Assembly (NCBI GenBank): GCA_964016885.1 | Contig: OZ024752.1 | Coordinates: 15,500,001 to 15,564,000 of the forward strand | From: Eledone cirrhosa | Taxonomy: Eukaryota | Direction: 5' to 3' | Length of the DNA stretch: 64,000 bases | Shown here: positions 1 through 16,558 of the stretch, in pieces | Layout of the letters: every line of letters begins with the position of its first letter | How positions within the stretch are numbered: position 1 is the first letter of the stretch | Notes under the pieces: generated by a model | What the model was told of the DNA's origin: nothing | Seen by the model: the letters and a program-made list of their open reading frames with translations, nothing else | The model's database searches: none | Position numbers and translations under genes: made by a program

Positions 1-538
<538 letters not shown>

Positions 539-540
<2 letters not shown>

Positions 541-744
541 GGAACCAGTAAGACCCCGACGGCTGAGCTCAAGCCGTTTCGACGACTAATTCTGGACCAA
601 GAATTGGGTCCAGAATTAGCCGTCGAAACGGCTTGAGCTCAGCCGTCGGGGTCTTACTGGTTCCTATTACCCACTCTACTGCCCTAAGTATTGAGTACTT
701 TGGTGCGTTATGGTCCACCTAGGTTCCTTACCACATTTCCTTCG

Positions 745-791
<47 letters not shown>

Positions 792-923
792 AGAAAGTAT
801 GACCCCGGACAGCAGAGCTCTGTCGTCGGGGCCATACTTTCCCCTATTACCCACTCTACTACCCTCAGTATTGAGTTCTCTGCTGCGTTATGGTCCATCT
901 GGTTCATTACCACAACTCCTTCG

Positions 924-925
<2 letters not shown>
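539..925 (+). mobile_element. Two fold-back copies of a short PLE pLTR-like family (family A) carrying the 3' part of a hammerhead motif
   Basis: 539-598 is inverted against 608-666. 625-652 reads GAAACGGC-TTGAGCTCA-GCCGTC-GGGG. The second copy (790-925) is palindromic around GAGCTC. Homologues lie at 43176-43238 and 62214-62398. Confidence 0.7.
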
Positions 926-1006
<81 letters not shown>

Positions 1007-1154
1007 CGTGTGTGTGTGTGTGTGTATGCGTGTGTGTGTGTGTGCGTGCGTGTGCGTCTGTGTGTGTGTGCGTGCGTGTGCGTCTGTGTCTGTGTCTATA
1101 CGTGAACATCTCTGTTACGTTTGTACACACACGCACATATACACACACACATAT

Positions 1155-1289
<135 letters not shown>

Positions 1290-2164
1290 TGCGACCAACG
1301 AAATGAGTGTCTAAATTGGTACTCTCACCTAATTATGGGTAATGGGAACAGATCATGAAAATGTAAAACTTGAAAATTTTATCTAAAATGTATTTTGTTC
1401 AACGCTTCAACACTGGAACATTAATTATTTCAAATTTCTATGTAAGACATTTAACTGGCTTCTATCAAATTTAACATCATCTTTGCAATTCTTATTCCAC
1501 TCTACCTGCTGTCTTTTACTTAAGCAGTAAATGTAAAATTACTAATAACTGATGCTGTTATATGTTATCTCATAGGTAATATTGATGAATTTTTACATTG
1601 TATGGTTCTATCAAAAGATCAACCGGTGGTGTGAGTAATTTATGCCTAGAAGGACAGTTAGACGGTAAGAGAAGCAATGCTCCACAGCAAACAACGCTGG
1701 CTTGATATTGTCAACTAATGGACTCTGCTGTTGGCGATCGAACTTTGTGGAGAGGCATATCTGATGTCGATGGATAGACTGCCACAAGTGGAGTGAACGT
1801 CTAGCATATAACATAGCTACATTGGAATAATCTAGCTTGAAAGAATCACCGTTTCCTTGGAAAAAGTTTGGAGAATGTACCATGAATATAGATGTAACAT
1901 GTGGTGTTCTATTGTCTGGTATAGTTTTCAGTAATTATAGTAAGTGGACAACTCGGCAATTAGCTAATAATAAATCTTTTTGTGAGAGTTTGCCAACGTG
2001 TCGACGGATTTTGATTTATGCAAACTATATAGTTTGACTAGCGTTCGCTCTGTCTATATATTGCAGGACTAGTGACACAGTTGGTCTGTCTGTGTAAAGC
2101 GATGTAATACACACACACACACAGACATACACATGCACGCACACACACACATATATATATATGT

Positions 2165-2592
2165 ATCAAGTAAGAATATTTTCGAAACAGCGAGTGGGTT
2201 TGAAATTATTAGAAATGAAAGCTATCGCCATATTTTGACTAAAGAAATTAAAGAAATTATTTAGCCTGATAGTGGGGTTAAGAACCCTCGGAGAAATGGA
2301 CAAAATACGGCGATAGCCTATATTTCTAATTTGAAACCCGCTCGCTGTTTCGAAAATATTCTGACTTGACATATTACACTTGTTAAGATTATAGCTTCTA
2401 ATTTGAATGGAAGAAGACGGGTGATGTGTTGGTGTAATGGTAATAGCACAGTGGTCTGGATAACCGCAGATGTGGGTTCGACACCCATGTACGTCAATAT
2501 TGATCTTTTTCCATTTCTCCGAGGGTTCTTAACCCCACTATCAGGCTAAATAATTTCTTCAGTCAAAATACGGCGATAGCTTATATTTCTAA
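2165..2592. mobile_element. Short element with direct and inverted repeats enclosing a tRNA-like sequence
   Basis: 2301-2330 is repeated directly at 2563-2592. 2165-2300 is an inverted copy of 2328-2370 plus 2510-2592. Confidence 0.65.
2423..2496 (+). tRNA. tRNA-like cloverleaf with anticodon GGA (probably element-borne, not a translating tRNA)
   Basis: Acceptor GATGTGT/GTACGTC, D arm GTGT-AATGGTAATA-GCAC, anticodon arm GTGGT-CTGGATA-ACCGC, T arm GTGGG-TTCGACA-CCCAT. The short variable loop is atypical for Ser. Confidence 0.6.
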
Positions 2593-2975
2593 TATATGTA
2601 TGTGTGTGTGTGAATGTGTGTATCAAACTAATGAGAAAAACCATAAACCCTCCATCTCAACTCTACTTTTGAAAAGCAGAAGAACTGCAAGACCTGTAAA
2701 GGAACCAAATAAATATATATATATATATTTTTAAAAAAGGACTCCAGTTGCATTTTCGATTTCCTCTTTTACACATATATATATATATACACATATATAT
2801 ATATATATATGTGTATTTTATATTTTAAGATGACCTCCCCTTACCCTCAGCGTGTATTTTATCTTTGAGAGGACTGCTGGATTTTTTAATCTACCAGTCT
2901 CTTTTTAGCGCTGAAGGAGACCATCACTAATCTATTAATGTCGATGTAATTCTTATATCGATATTATTTGGGCAC

Positions 2976-3097
2976 CCACTGATGAGTTTATAAGAGCCCG
3001 CTTGTGTATAAAACTATGGATTATATACGAATGTCTACATAACCTGGAAATTATTTATCCCAATTTGTAGAAATCTTATAATGAAACGATCGTCTGG
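2976..3097 (+). ncRNA. Type I hammerhead ribozyme motif with long branched stem II
   Basis: CCA-CTGATGA-G-TTTATAAGA...TCTTATAA-T-GAAAC-GATC-GTC-TGG. Stem III loop GATC is palindromic, and the triplet is GUC. Confidence 0.75.
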
Positions 3098-3278
3098 AAG
3101 GAAGGAGATATTTATTTAATTATGTCTCATATGAAATAATACAACCAGCTATCCACGAAATACTGATTTGTTAGCACCCCAAACACTAAATTGGGATAAT
3201 ACTTAGGTATATCCTGAAGTTTGTTGAGTGAGATGGAGTTGGTCCGAGTATCGCTTAAGGCTTTCTCTGTTAATGTAT

Positions 3279-3355
<77 letters not shown>

Positions 3356-3360
<5 letters not shown>

Positions 3361-4108
3361 AAAGAATAGAGGTGTAACACACAAGTTATTATATATTGGT
3401 AAACGGAATAGAAAATGCTGACAAATTGTTCACAGTTGAAAAATGGTTTAATTAGGAATAAAAGAGTATTAGTGATTGTATGGGTTAGTATTCAGTTGTG
3501 GTTTTAAGTTTTTAAGTTTTTACCGGTTGCGCATTTCTAAATGCTTTTCAAAAATAATTTTGAGATAGAGTGTCCGTGTTGTTTGCTCTGATCTGATTAG
3601 TTTTGGGAATTCTACCTGTTTTTATGTTAAAAAAGTGGCTCCAATTTGTAAAAATTCTTGTGGTCAAAACAATTTTGATTGGTCGGTAGAAGTCATGTGA
3701 ATGTAAAAAATTGATTTTGCGCCAAGTCTGTTTTTATGTTGTCTTGGCGCAAAATCAATTTTTTACATTCACATGACCTCTACCGACCAATCAAAATTGT
3801 TTTGACCACAAGAATTTTTGCAAATTGGAGCCACTTTTTTAACATAAAAACAGGTAGAATTCCCAAAACTAATCAGATCAGAGCAAACAGCACGGACACT
3901 CTATCTAAAAATTATTTTTGAAAAGCATTTAGAAATGCGCAACCGGTAAAAACTTAAAAACTTAAAACCACAACTGAATACTAACCCATACAATCACTAA
4001 TACTCTTTTATTCCTAATTAAACCATTTTTCAACTGTGAACAATTTGTCAGCATTTTCTATTCCGTTTACCAATATATAATAACTTGTGTGTTACACCTC
4101 TATTCTTT

Positions 4109-4113
<5 letters not shown>
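3356..4113. mobile_element. Large near-perfect inverted repeat (~370-bp arms, ~16-nt spacer) between (TA)n arrays, PLE pLTR-like fold-back
   Basis: 3356-3727 is the reverse complement of 3743-4113. A degenerate HHR-like motif lies at 3914-3952. Confidence 0.8.
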
Positions 4114-4149
<36 letters not shown>

Positions 4150-4154
<5 letters not shown>

Positions 4155-4945
4155 ATACATTAAGATGAAATGTAGTATATAGGATAAGACGTACTGAAGG
4201 ACAATGTAGAGACAAAAATATAGTGTACATAGGTGAGACAGCTCGTAGTGTAGGGGAACGGATAAATGAACACTGGCGAGACCTTGAAGATAGCAAAGAA
4301 TCATCTGTACTCTACCAACATGCTAAAATAGAACATAAGGGTAAATTAAAGAACATAGAAATAAAAATAGAATCTACACACAGGAAAGACGCAATTGTTA
4401 GACAAATCACAGAGGTAATAAACATAAAAGAATTACAACCAAAATTAAATAGAAAATATGAGTGGAACAGAAACATCACAACTTACAATTAAGGACAAAA
4501 TGAAAACACACACGCACATAGAACAAACAACCAACCTGTAACATGTAAATAATCAAATAAATAAACGAATATAAACACACACAGACACCCGGATGTGGCG
4601 CATGCGCAGACTGAGCAGACAACACACACACAGAAACAAAATGGCGTAGGACAGACCAAAGGAGAGGCACAAAAACAAAGAAAAGAATCCCCAGTTACTG
4701 AATAGGTCACAGAATGTGTGACGAAAGAACTTTGACAATATATAAACAACCATCTGATTATGGAACCAACCAACCAACCGGAAATTTATAAATTCCTAAA
4801 TTTATAAATTTATTATAATAAATTGAAGTGAAACACCGGTGCGCGTGTTTCTTATTGGCTACATGACCCTCCCAAAGTATGACAATATCGGTTTCAACAC
4901 ACGTTTTCAGATAAAGAATCTTGCTAAACAAATTCAGAAACGAAA
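4150..4945 (+). mobile_element. Penelope-like 3' fragment: GIY-YIG endonuclease plus 3' UTR/pLTR
   Basis: NVVYRI...YIGETARSVGERINEH...LYQHAKIEH...RQITEVINIKELQPKLNRKYEW (4167-4492). Degenerate HHR at 4694-4736. 4862-4936 resembles 54596-54676. Confidence 0.88.
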
Positions 4946-5099
4946 TATATATATATATATATAAGGAAAAGGGATATTTAATTTGTTGGTAATTGAACAA
5001 ATATATAGGTTTATAACTGATTCGAAGCACTCGACAGTTTTCTTGAGTATAATATCAATGATATTAAATAAATGGAAACTATGTTTATGAAGCCATATT

Positions 5100-5160
5100 T
5101 ATTCTATTATATATATTTCAAGGGTACCAAAACTTTGGTACGCTCTCATCAGATAAAATA
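5100..5160 (-). ncRNA. Type I hammerhead motif (family B), minus arm of a fold-back
   Basis: Reverse complement of 5240-5300. Confidence 0.8.
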
Positions 5161-5239
5161 GTATCCAGACTCTCCAGGAAAAACATGAACTGTTAAGACC
5201 TTCTTCCTGGATATGTCAATATTTATAAAACAAACTTTG

Positions 5240-5300
5240 TATTTTATCTGATGAGAGCGTACCAAAGTTTTGGTACCCTTGAAATATATATAATAGAATA
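5240..5300 (+). ncRNA. Type I hammerhead motif (family B)
   Basis: TATTTTAT-CTGATGA-GAGcGTACCAAA g TTTTGGTACcCTT-GAAA-T-ATAT-A-TA-ATAGAATA, with an 8-bp stem I and AUA triplet. Confidence 0.82.
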
Positions 5301-5341
5301 AGTTTGATAAATATAGTTTCCATTTTTTTAATATCATTGCA

Positions 5342-5417
<76 letters not shown>

Positions 5418-5421
<4 letters not shown>

Positions 5422-6160
5422 AAACTCTTCCAACCATCTGAAAGACGCGCCAAAGCCGGCTGCCAAATAAACCTCCTCAAACGGTGCCTGAATAACATCA
5501 TCCCAAAAGCTATCAGAAACCTGTACCTACCAAAATGCTTCAAATCACCAGGCCTCAAACGATCACTTAGTTACATACAAACATTCTGCCTAAGAGAACT
5601 CATACACCACCCAAACCCCACGCTACAACAACACATACGGACAATTTCCAGCCTAGTACCACAACTCGCTGAAACCCCAGAACCTCTGCTCAGAGTAATT
5701 TCCGCCGCTATAGACAAGTCTTACCACCATGGCAGACATTACTAGAAAATAATCCTAAAGCAAAGATTTCTCAAACACAGCACGGCTGACCGTCCTAACA
5801 ACAACCCAACTCTAAGCACCAACAGAGGCAAACAAGACGGTACCAACATCGAACCTAGCGGCGCCCCGAACAACAACACACCTGACGCAAAACACCTCGT
5901 CACAGACTTGACAGGATCCCTCTCCCGAGAGGAATTAGACCTCCTCAGCCTGGGCCCCAAGTTCATATTGAAACAGAGACTGGACGACAAATTATGGCTC
6001 GACAGAAACGAATTTCTGTTGGGCCGCCTACCAACTAAAATGGATATCGACCCTCGGCAACAACTCCACGAAATCTAACACACCAAGATTCCCGATATAC
6101 CACTCTGTCCACCGCCTGCCAACCGCGAGCTGGAAGAAAAACTCGAAGCTAAAACATTCC
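5418..6160 (+). pseudogene. PLE ORF N-terminal remnant
   Basis: QINLLKRCLNNIIPK and VTDLTGSLSREELDLLSLGPKF match the PLE N-terminal motifs FLxRCxxxxIxP and VxNLSxxxLTxxExxLLSxGxxF. Confidence 0.65.
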
Positions 6161-7640
6161 GTATTGTTTTGGAGGTTATGTTTTTTAATCTCTAATGATG
6201 AAATGGCAGTCAAGTTGATGTGTTGCTGCTGACAGTATTTCAGCTTATTGATTTTTTTGTTAGTTCTCTTAATTTTCCTGATGAGCGATTTTCTATTTCT
6301 AGGGATTCTGCTCTTAGATTTGTTTATAGTTCTTAATGGGGTGTGTTTTGCACATACGTTTGTAACGGTGTCCACAAATGTCTGCCAGGACTTTTTGATG
6401 TTAGTGGGTGTATGTTGTGTGAAGGACCAGTCGACATGTGCAAGATCATGACTGATCGCTTCCCAATTTGCATTGTGGAAATCCATAGCGTAAACGGATG
6501 GACAGGAGAGATGACATTGGGTTTGTATATTGGATGGTGGAATCTCAGATCACAGAGAACCATGTTATGATCAGAGAGTAGAGTTTTCTCCACTGCAATA
6601 TTGTGGATATTGTCAGTGTGATTGCTGAAAATTAAGTCTAGGACGTTTTTGTGGCACCTCGTTGGTTCGAGCACCAGTTGGGACAGGAAGAAATCATCCA
6701 TGAAGTTCAAGAAGCGATTCCACTGCTTCCCTGTTAGAGGTTGAGGCAGAAGAACCTGGTGGCAGGCTGTTTGTGGACCAGTCAACTCCGGGGAGGTTGA
6801 AGTCCCCCATCATTAAGATGTTGTCAGGGTGACACTCTTGGATGAAACACTTTATGCTGTTGAGGCATCCCTTGAAGCATGGTACAGGCGTTTGGGGTGG
6901 CCTATAGAGCCCAACTACTATTAGGTTGTTGGTTTGACTGAATACAGTGACTGCTTCACAGAATCCATTAGTAAATATGTTCATAGCCTCTGTTGAGAAA
7001 GAATTATATGTATATATATATATATGTATGTATGTACATATATGTATATATGTCAGGTCACCAGTTGGTGCTACTGGTAACATGTATCCCAGTACAACCT
7101 GTCCCATGGTCGGGTCGTTGGCGACTAAACTGGCAACCCCACCAAGGTTTCTTGGTGAGGAGGGTGACTTTGGACATCCTGCAGGACTAAAAACAAAACC
7201 TGTCAAAGGGCAAAGGAGCTCTTAAGAGTCAATGGCCATCCAAAATCACCGGGAGAGATGACCCCTTAGCCTTTGTCAAGGCAGAATTCTAGGAGAAGGA
7301 AAACTCTGATATAACACCTGCAACCCTGATGGTATCCAATGATGTTGACTTGTTCTTCTTTTTGGTAAATATCATCTTGGTTAAGAGAGTGGGACTGGCT
7401 TTGTGCAGTGCCTTTGCTCACTATAAAAGCTTCACGGCACATGCATTGCTTTATATCTGGAGATCTCTCTGCACTTGTCGTCACATGGTACCATGGGCCT
7501 AGCACTATGTGTCAGTAATTGTCACAAGTGTAGTGTTTGTACCAGAGTTTTCAAGTCGCTGGCTGGACTAAAAAGTCACACTCGTTCAGCGCATCGGTAG
7601 GGGTTCTCCTACATGGATATAAAGTAGTGGCCGTACTCGA
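6160..7640 (-). mobile_element. CR1/Jockey-group LINE 5' part: frameshifted APE endonuclease and upstream region
   Basis: IVVGLYRPP...MMGDFNLPGVDW, LSQLVLEPTR..NVLDLIFSN, LLSDHNMV, FHNANWEAI. Interrupted by (TA)n at about 7005-7050. Confidence 0.85.
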
Positions 7641-8862
<1,222 letters not shown>

Positions 8863-9248
8863 GTCAAAGCAGAATTCTAGGAGAAGGAAAACTCTGATAT
8901 AACACCTGCAACCCTGATGGTATCCAATGATGTTGACGTGTTCTTCTTTTTGGTAAATATCATCTTGGTTAAGAGAGTGGGACTGGCTTTGTGGAGTGCC
9001 TTTGGTTACTATAAAAGCCTCACGGCACAGGCATTGCTTTATATCTGGAGATTTCTCTGCACTTGTCTTCACATGATATCATGGGCCCAGCACTATATGT
9101 CAATAATTGTCATAAGTGTAGAATTTGTACCAGAGTTTTCAAGTCACTGGCTGGACTAAAAAGTCACACTCGTTCAGCTCATAGGCTGGGGTTCTCCTAC
9201 ATGGATATAAAGTAGTGGCCGTACTCGAAAACGAATTGGCAACTACCA
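8863..9248 (-). mobile_element. Diverged duplicate of LINE segment 7273-7640
   Basis: Collinear over ~370 bp (gcagaattctaggagaaggaaaactctgat...gtactcgaaaacga). Confidence 0.9.
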
Positions 9249-9264
9249 TATATATATGTATATA

Positions 9265-9353
<89 letters not shown>

Positions 9354-9355
<2 letters not shown>

Positions 9356-9650
9356 TTAAAGAAAAGTTTATTTCCAGGTTCTTGGTTATGCTAGCAGGAT
9401 GGTTAGAATGCTTGCTTATGTAATTAAGCGTATCATTCGCTTTTCTATACAGGTTTTGGAAGGCATTCGACAAATTGAGGGTAACGCTGAGGTAAGTGAC
9501 GACCGTGAGGTTGACCTCAGCGAGTATGGAGAGTTTGAAGCCTTTAATTAAGGCTGTGAATTCTTTTCTGAACCTGCCGCAAGTGCGCGGGCCGCAATTT
9601 GTCATGGTCAAAGACCGTCATCACGGTAAAAGCCACCGCACACGTTGGGG
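9354..9650 (-). pseudogene. PLE reverse transcriptase fragment
   Basis: YRDDG at about 9614-9628, then YLSVTLNL...[25 protein letters not shown]. Confidence 0.85.
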
Positions 9651-9790
9651 AATTGTTCCTATCTTCCTTTGGTTGCAATGTTTTTCGAAATATTTACTTC
9701 TGCGTTCATACATTTATTGTTTTAGTTTTAGAAGATCCGGTTAAGGGTGAAAGCAGCGATTATTTGCTTACACTTTAATCTGTTATTTTA

Positions 9791-9825
<35 letters not shown>

Positions 9826-10057
9826 AAGGTAAAGTACGCGTCATTGTGTCACTGAGAGGCTGAAATGACTAAGCGAATTTCGTTAAAATCTGCGGTAGCC
9901 AATGGTCAACTTCCTTCGGACATGCGCACGCGCAGACCGGTGGGGTGAATTGGTACTCACAGAGGAACGGATGATAAACCCAATAGCACGCATTTCGTCC
10001 GTTCCCATGTCGATTCAATTTGGATTGCCTCGGAAACATAACCTTATTATGTAAGAA

Positions 10058-10131
10058 GCTGTCTGATGATGTCACGACACTCGCACACAGAACAGTGTGG
10101 CCAGTGTCGCCATTGAAATATATATCACAGC
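10058..10131 (+). ncRNA. Type I hammerhead motif
   Basis: GCTGT-CTGATGA-[CGACACT..CACAC-AGAACA-GTGTG..AGTGTCG]-GAAA-T-ATAT-A-TC-ACAGC, with predicted cleavage after 10126. Confidence 0.82.
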
Positions 10132-10537
10132 ATTATTATTAAAGGACTTGAACATCTGAAACTACTTCCCTTTTCCTTATTCGATATTTACTCCGTCACT
10201 CCTATGTGGAAAAATTACGTTGAGTGCTTGATTTGAATTGCATCAATGTTTACCCTAATAATTTAGCTCCAATTAGTTGAGTGCTTTACGATGTAACCGA
10301 TATGGTGGAGAAGAGAGGAACCAACCATGGGCTGCCCTGGAAATTCCCTCTACCATGGGGATGGAAACCCCTGAAACTGGACGGACCTAATAGTAACTTT
10401 CGGCAGGTTAAATACACGGAAACAAAAAATAAGATAAACCCCTATTTCCCTGCACCAAATCGCATATGAACAGAAGCCCCCTCAATTCAATCTATACATG
10501 GACAGATTGACCATCATATAGATCATTTTGCATATAT

Positions 10538-10672
10538 GTACTCTGTGTTTTTGCATTTTTTCTTCTATGTCTGTTTTTCTTTGGTACTCTGTGTTTTTGC
10601 ATTTTTTCTTCTGTCTGTTTTTCTTTGGTACTCTGTGTTTTTGCATTTTTTCTTCTATGTCTGTTTTTCTTT
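10538..10672. repeat. Three tandem copies of a 42-46 bp unit
   Basis: GTACTCTGTGTTTTTGCATTTTTTCTTCT(AT)GTCTGTTTTTCTTT x3. Confidence 0.95.
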
Positions 10673-11416
10673 CATATTGTTCCATGTGATGGAAATTATG
10701 ACTGTACCAGATTGACTAATGCCTTGAATACTGTAGCTTACCATCCGTTCTAATGTACGGCAGTGTCGTTCAATATGTGGATAGAGTAACTGTGACACAA
10801 GAACCCCTCTCAGAACTTCTTACTTAAACATCTCTCCCCATATTATTTACTCACTTCAATCTATATTTTTTTACTCACCTCAATCCGAATTCTCACTGGA
10901 GGAAAACAAATTTCTAACTTTTAATTACTAATTGTTAATTATTTAATTGTTTAATTTATAATTTCTGATACTTGATTTAGGACTTTAATTTTTATTTCCA
11001 ACTCTCACTCTTAACTTACAATGTAAAATCATGATACTTAGAATTAAGTTTATTTTCCCTTTCAGTTGAAGGTCAGTCGTAAGTCCACGCTAGGTGAGAG
11101 GTAGTATTATGACCTGTAAAAACTAACACTCTCCCACCCCATCTGGCTTTCGACTGACTACCACAGTCGTGATGTGTAGCAGTAAACTACGGTACGGGCC
11201 ATTGTGTCACTGAGAGGCTGAAATGACTAAGCGAATTTCGTTAAAATCTGCGGTAGCCAATGGTCAAATTCCTTCCGACATGCGCACGCGCAGACCGGTG
11301 GGGATGAATTGGTACTCACAGGGGAACGGATGATAAACCCAAAAGCACGCATTTCGTCCGTTCCCATGTCGATTCAATTTGGATTGCCTCGGAAACATTA
11401 CCTTATTATGTAACAA

Positions 11417-11490
11417 GCTGCCTGATGATGTCACGACACTCGCGCACAGAACAGTGTGGCCAGTGTCGCCATTGAAATATATATCACAGC
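11417..11490 (+). ncRNA. Type I hammerhead motif in the second terminal repeat
   Basis: Same as 10058-10131 with one stem I mismatch next to the core. Predicted cleavage after 11485. Confidence 0.78.
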
Positions 11491-11589
11491 ATTATTATTA
11501 AAGGACTTTCCTTATTCGATATTTAATCCGTCACTCCTATGTGGAAAAAGTGCGTTGAGTGCTTGATTTGAATTGCATCAATATTTACC

Positions 11590-13612
<2,023 letters not shown>

Positions 13613-13650
13613 GAAATATAAGAATCAAAGAACTGTTCAAAACATTTTTG

Positions 13651-13697
13651 TGCTTACAACTGTTTCCTCCAAACCGAGGTTTGGATTCTTCGGAGCA
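13651..13697 (-). ncRNA. Type I hammerhead motif, U4C core variant
   Basis: Reverse complement of 15354-15400. Confidence 0.72.
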
Positions 13698-15353
13698 ATT
13701 TTTTAATGAATGAACAGTTATATGACCTCCTTTTCACCCAAGAGACATACAGATACATATGCAAATATTGTGGGTCAGCATTCATTACAGCATTTAGAGT
13801 GGCAGTACACACTTAGAGATTACATTCATATTAAAAGGTACAATAAAAAATACAGGTTAAAATACAACATGAAAATAAGCGGTTATATAGTGCAAATGTT
13901 ATATGTGTGGCGAGCACGTGCGTCTTGTTTATATAGTGTGGCAGAGAGTTACGTGTAGTAGAAGCACTTAGGTAAGTAAACAAGAGTGTTAGGTTGGTTG
14001 ATCTGGTGGCAAATTCTTTATATGATTGTTATAGTCTGTGTGTGGAGAAATGATATAAGCATTAAAAATAGTGCAAGCATTAAAAATATTAAAAGTATTG
14101 GAAATGCACAGCGAAGGGATGTTATGGACTTCATGTACTTCGACATTTTCATAGTCAGGGGAGTGTATTTTTCAGATTATATGCCCATCACATACTCCAC
14201 GACAATTCGATATTGAGCGTTTGACAATCCAGTTAGAGAATCGTAGTCTGATGTTCTTTAGTTAAATACAGGAGGCTGTTACGTTTTGAGAATCGACATT
14301 GAATGCTACCCGGAAGTGTGTGTGTGGCTAAGGGGAGTTAATGCATGAGGGGAAGTAACTCCGAGGTTTCTATTACTAACTATTGGAATGTGTCTCAAAA
14401 TAGACCCTAATTTCTATGGTTATGCGCAACTTCTAAAGAATTTCAAAAGCATAAAGTGTTTTAACTATAGAGTAGTCTATTAAGTTGTGCTGAAGGTATT
14501 CGTATTATTATGTTGAATTAACCCCCATCGTAGGGTGCCACAAATGAATATTATAGACGACGAGCGAGGATTCTAAATTAATGATCTCTGTGGTTGTAGT
14601 CTACTCATAGGACCAGGCGCTGTGATTGCAGAATCACTTCAACACACAATGATCTCTGGTAAATTCTGGGTCATCGCTTGCTACATTGGATGTCGAAAGA
14701 TAATCATCAATAGGGCCGACCAGAGGTCAATCTGCAGTCCTCATGACCCCCCCTCTGACCATCAAATCATCCATATATGTACAGCCCGCACGCCAGTTGC
14801 AATACATTCATTCCCTGCACTCAGCGTACCGGTCCTACTGCTCAACAGCGTTACTAGATTAAATCGTTTTTCATCTGTCCAAGGAAGGCACTTCCTCCGC
14901 ACAACACTAACAAGTCAATCAATTCATGCTTAAATTACCTATAGAGCGGTGTAGTGCAGTTCAAGTGGGTGGATGTTGTCACACCTAACGTAGATGTATA
15001 AATGGGTATTCGCCCTGCGAAGGGTTCTAGAGGGATGTTGCTGTTTGTGTTATATTAGATCAGTTAGTGTTGGGTATGTGGTATAAGTGTGCCCCTGGTG
15101 TTTGATGCTAGAGGTGGTGTTTGGTTCAAGTCCGACATTGCTATATATTGGGCTTAAAGTTTTGGAAGGAATGTCTGAAGCGGTGCTGGCAAGTTGCAAA
15201 TACTTCAGATTTTTTGTTAAGTAGGTTACGGTTAGAGAAGATAATATTGTGGGTCTCTAGTATACAGAGGTTACAAAATTATATATTTGCATATGTATCT
15301 GTATGTCTCTTGGGTAAAAAGGAGGTCATATAACTGTTCATTCATTAATAAAT

Positions 15354-15400
15354 TGCTCCGAAGAATCCAAACCTCGGTTTGGAGGAAACAGTTGTAAGCA
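15354..15400 (+). ncRNA. Type I hammerhead motif, U4C core variant
   Basis: TGCT-CCGAAGA-A-TCCAAACC-tc-GGTTTGGA-G-GAAAC-AGTT-GTA-AGCA. Confidence 0.72.
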
Positions 15401-15605
15401 CAAAAATGTTTTGAACAGTTCTTTGATTCTTATATTTCATATAACTGCTCTGTAAATCATTTGATGTTTTTACATTGAGCTACTTAACTTACTGGTAATA
15501 AGGTAGTAATATATTACTGCCTACCACTATTTAGGGTTTGTATAAAAACATATATATAACTGCAAAAGGTTTTTGTATTTACATAACCATAAATAGTATA
15601 ATCAA

Positions 15606-16558
<953 letters not shown>

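Noticed and set aside
1575-2100. Moderately complex sequence as an exon or transposase
   Set aside because: Only short ORFs and no motif I can support.
2423-2496. Functional tRNA-Ser(GGA)
   Set aside because: It lacks the long variable arm, has several G-U pairs in the acceptor stem, uses an anticodon normally absent in eukaryotes and sits inside a repeat.
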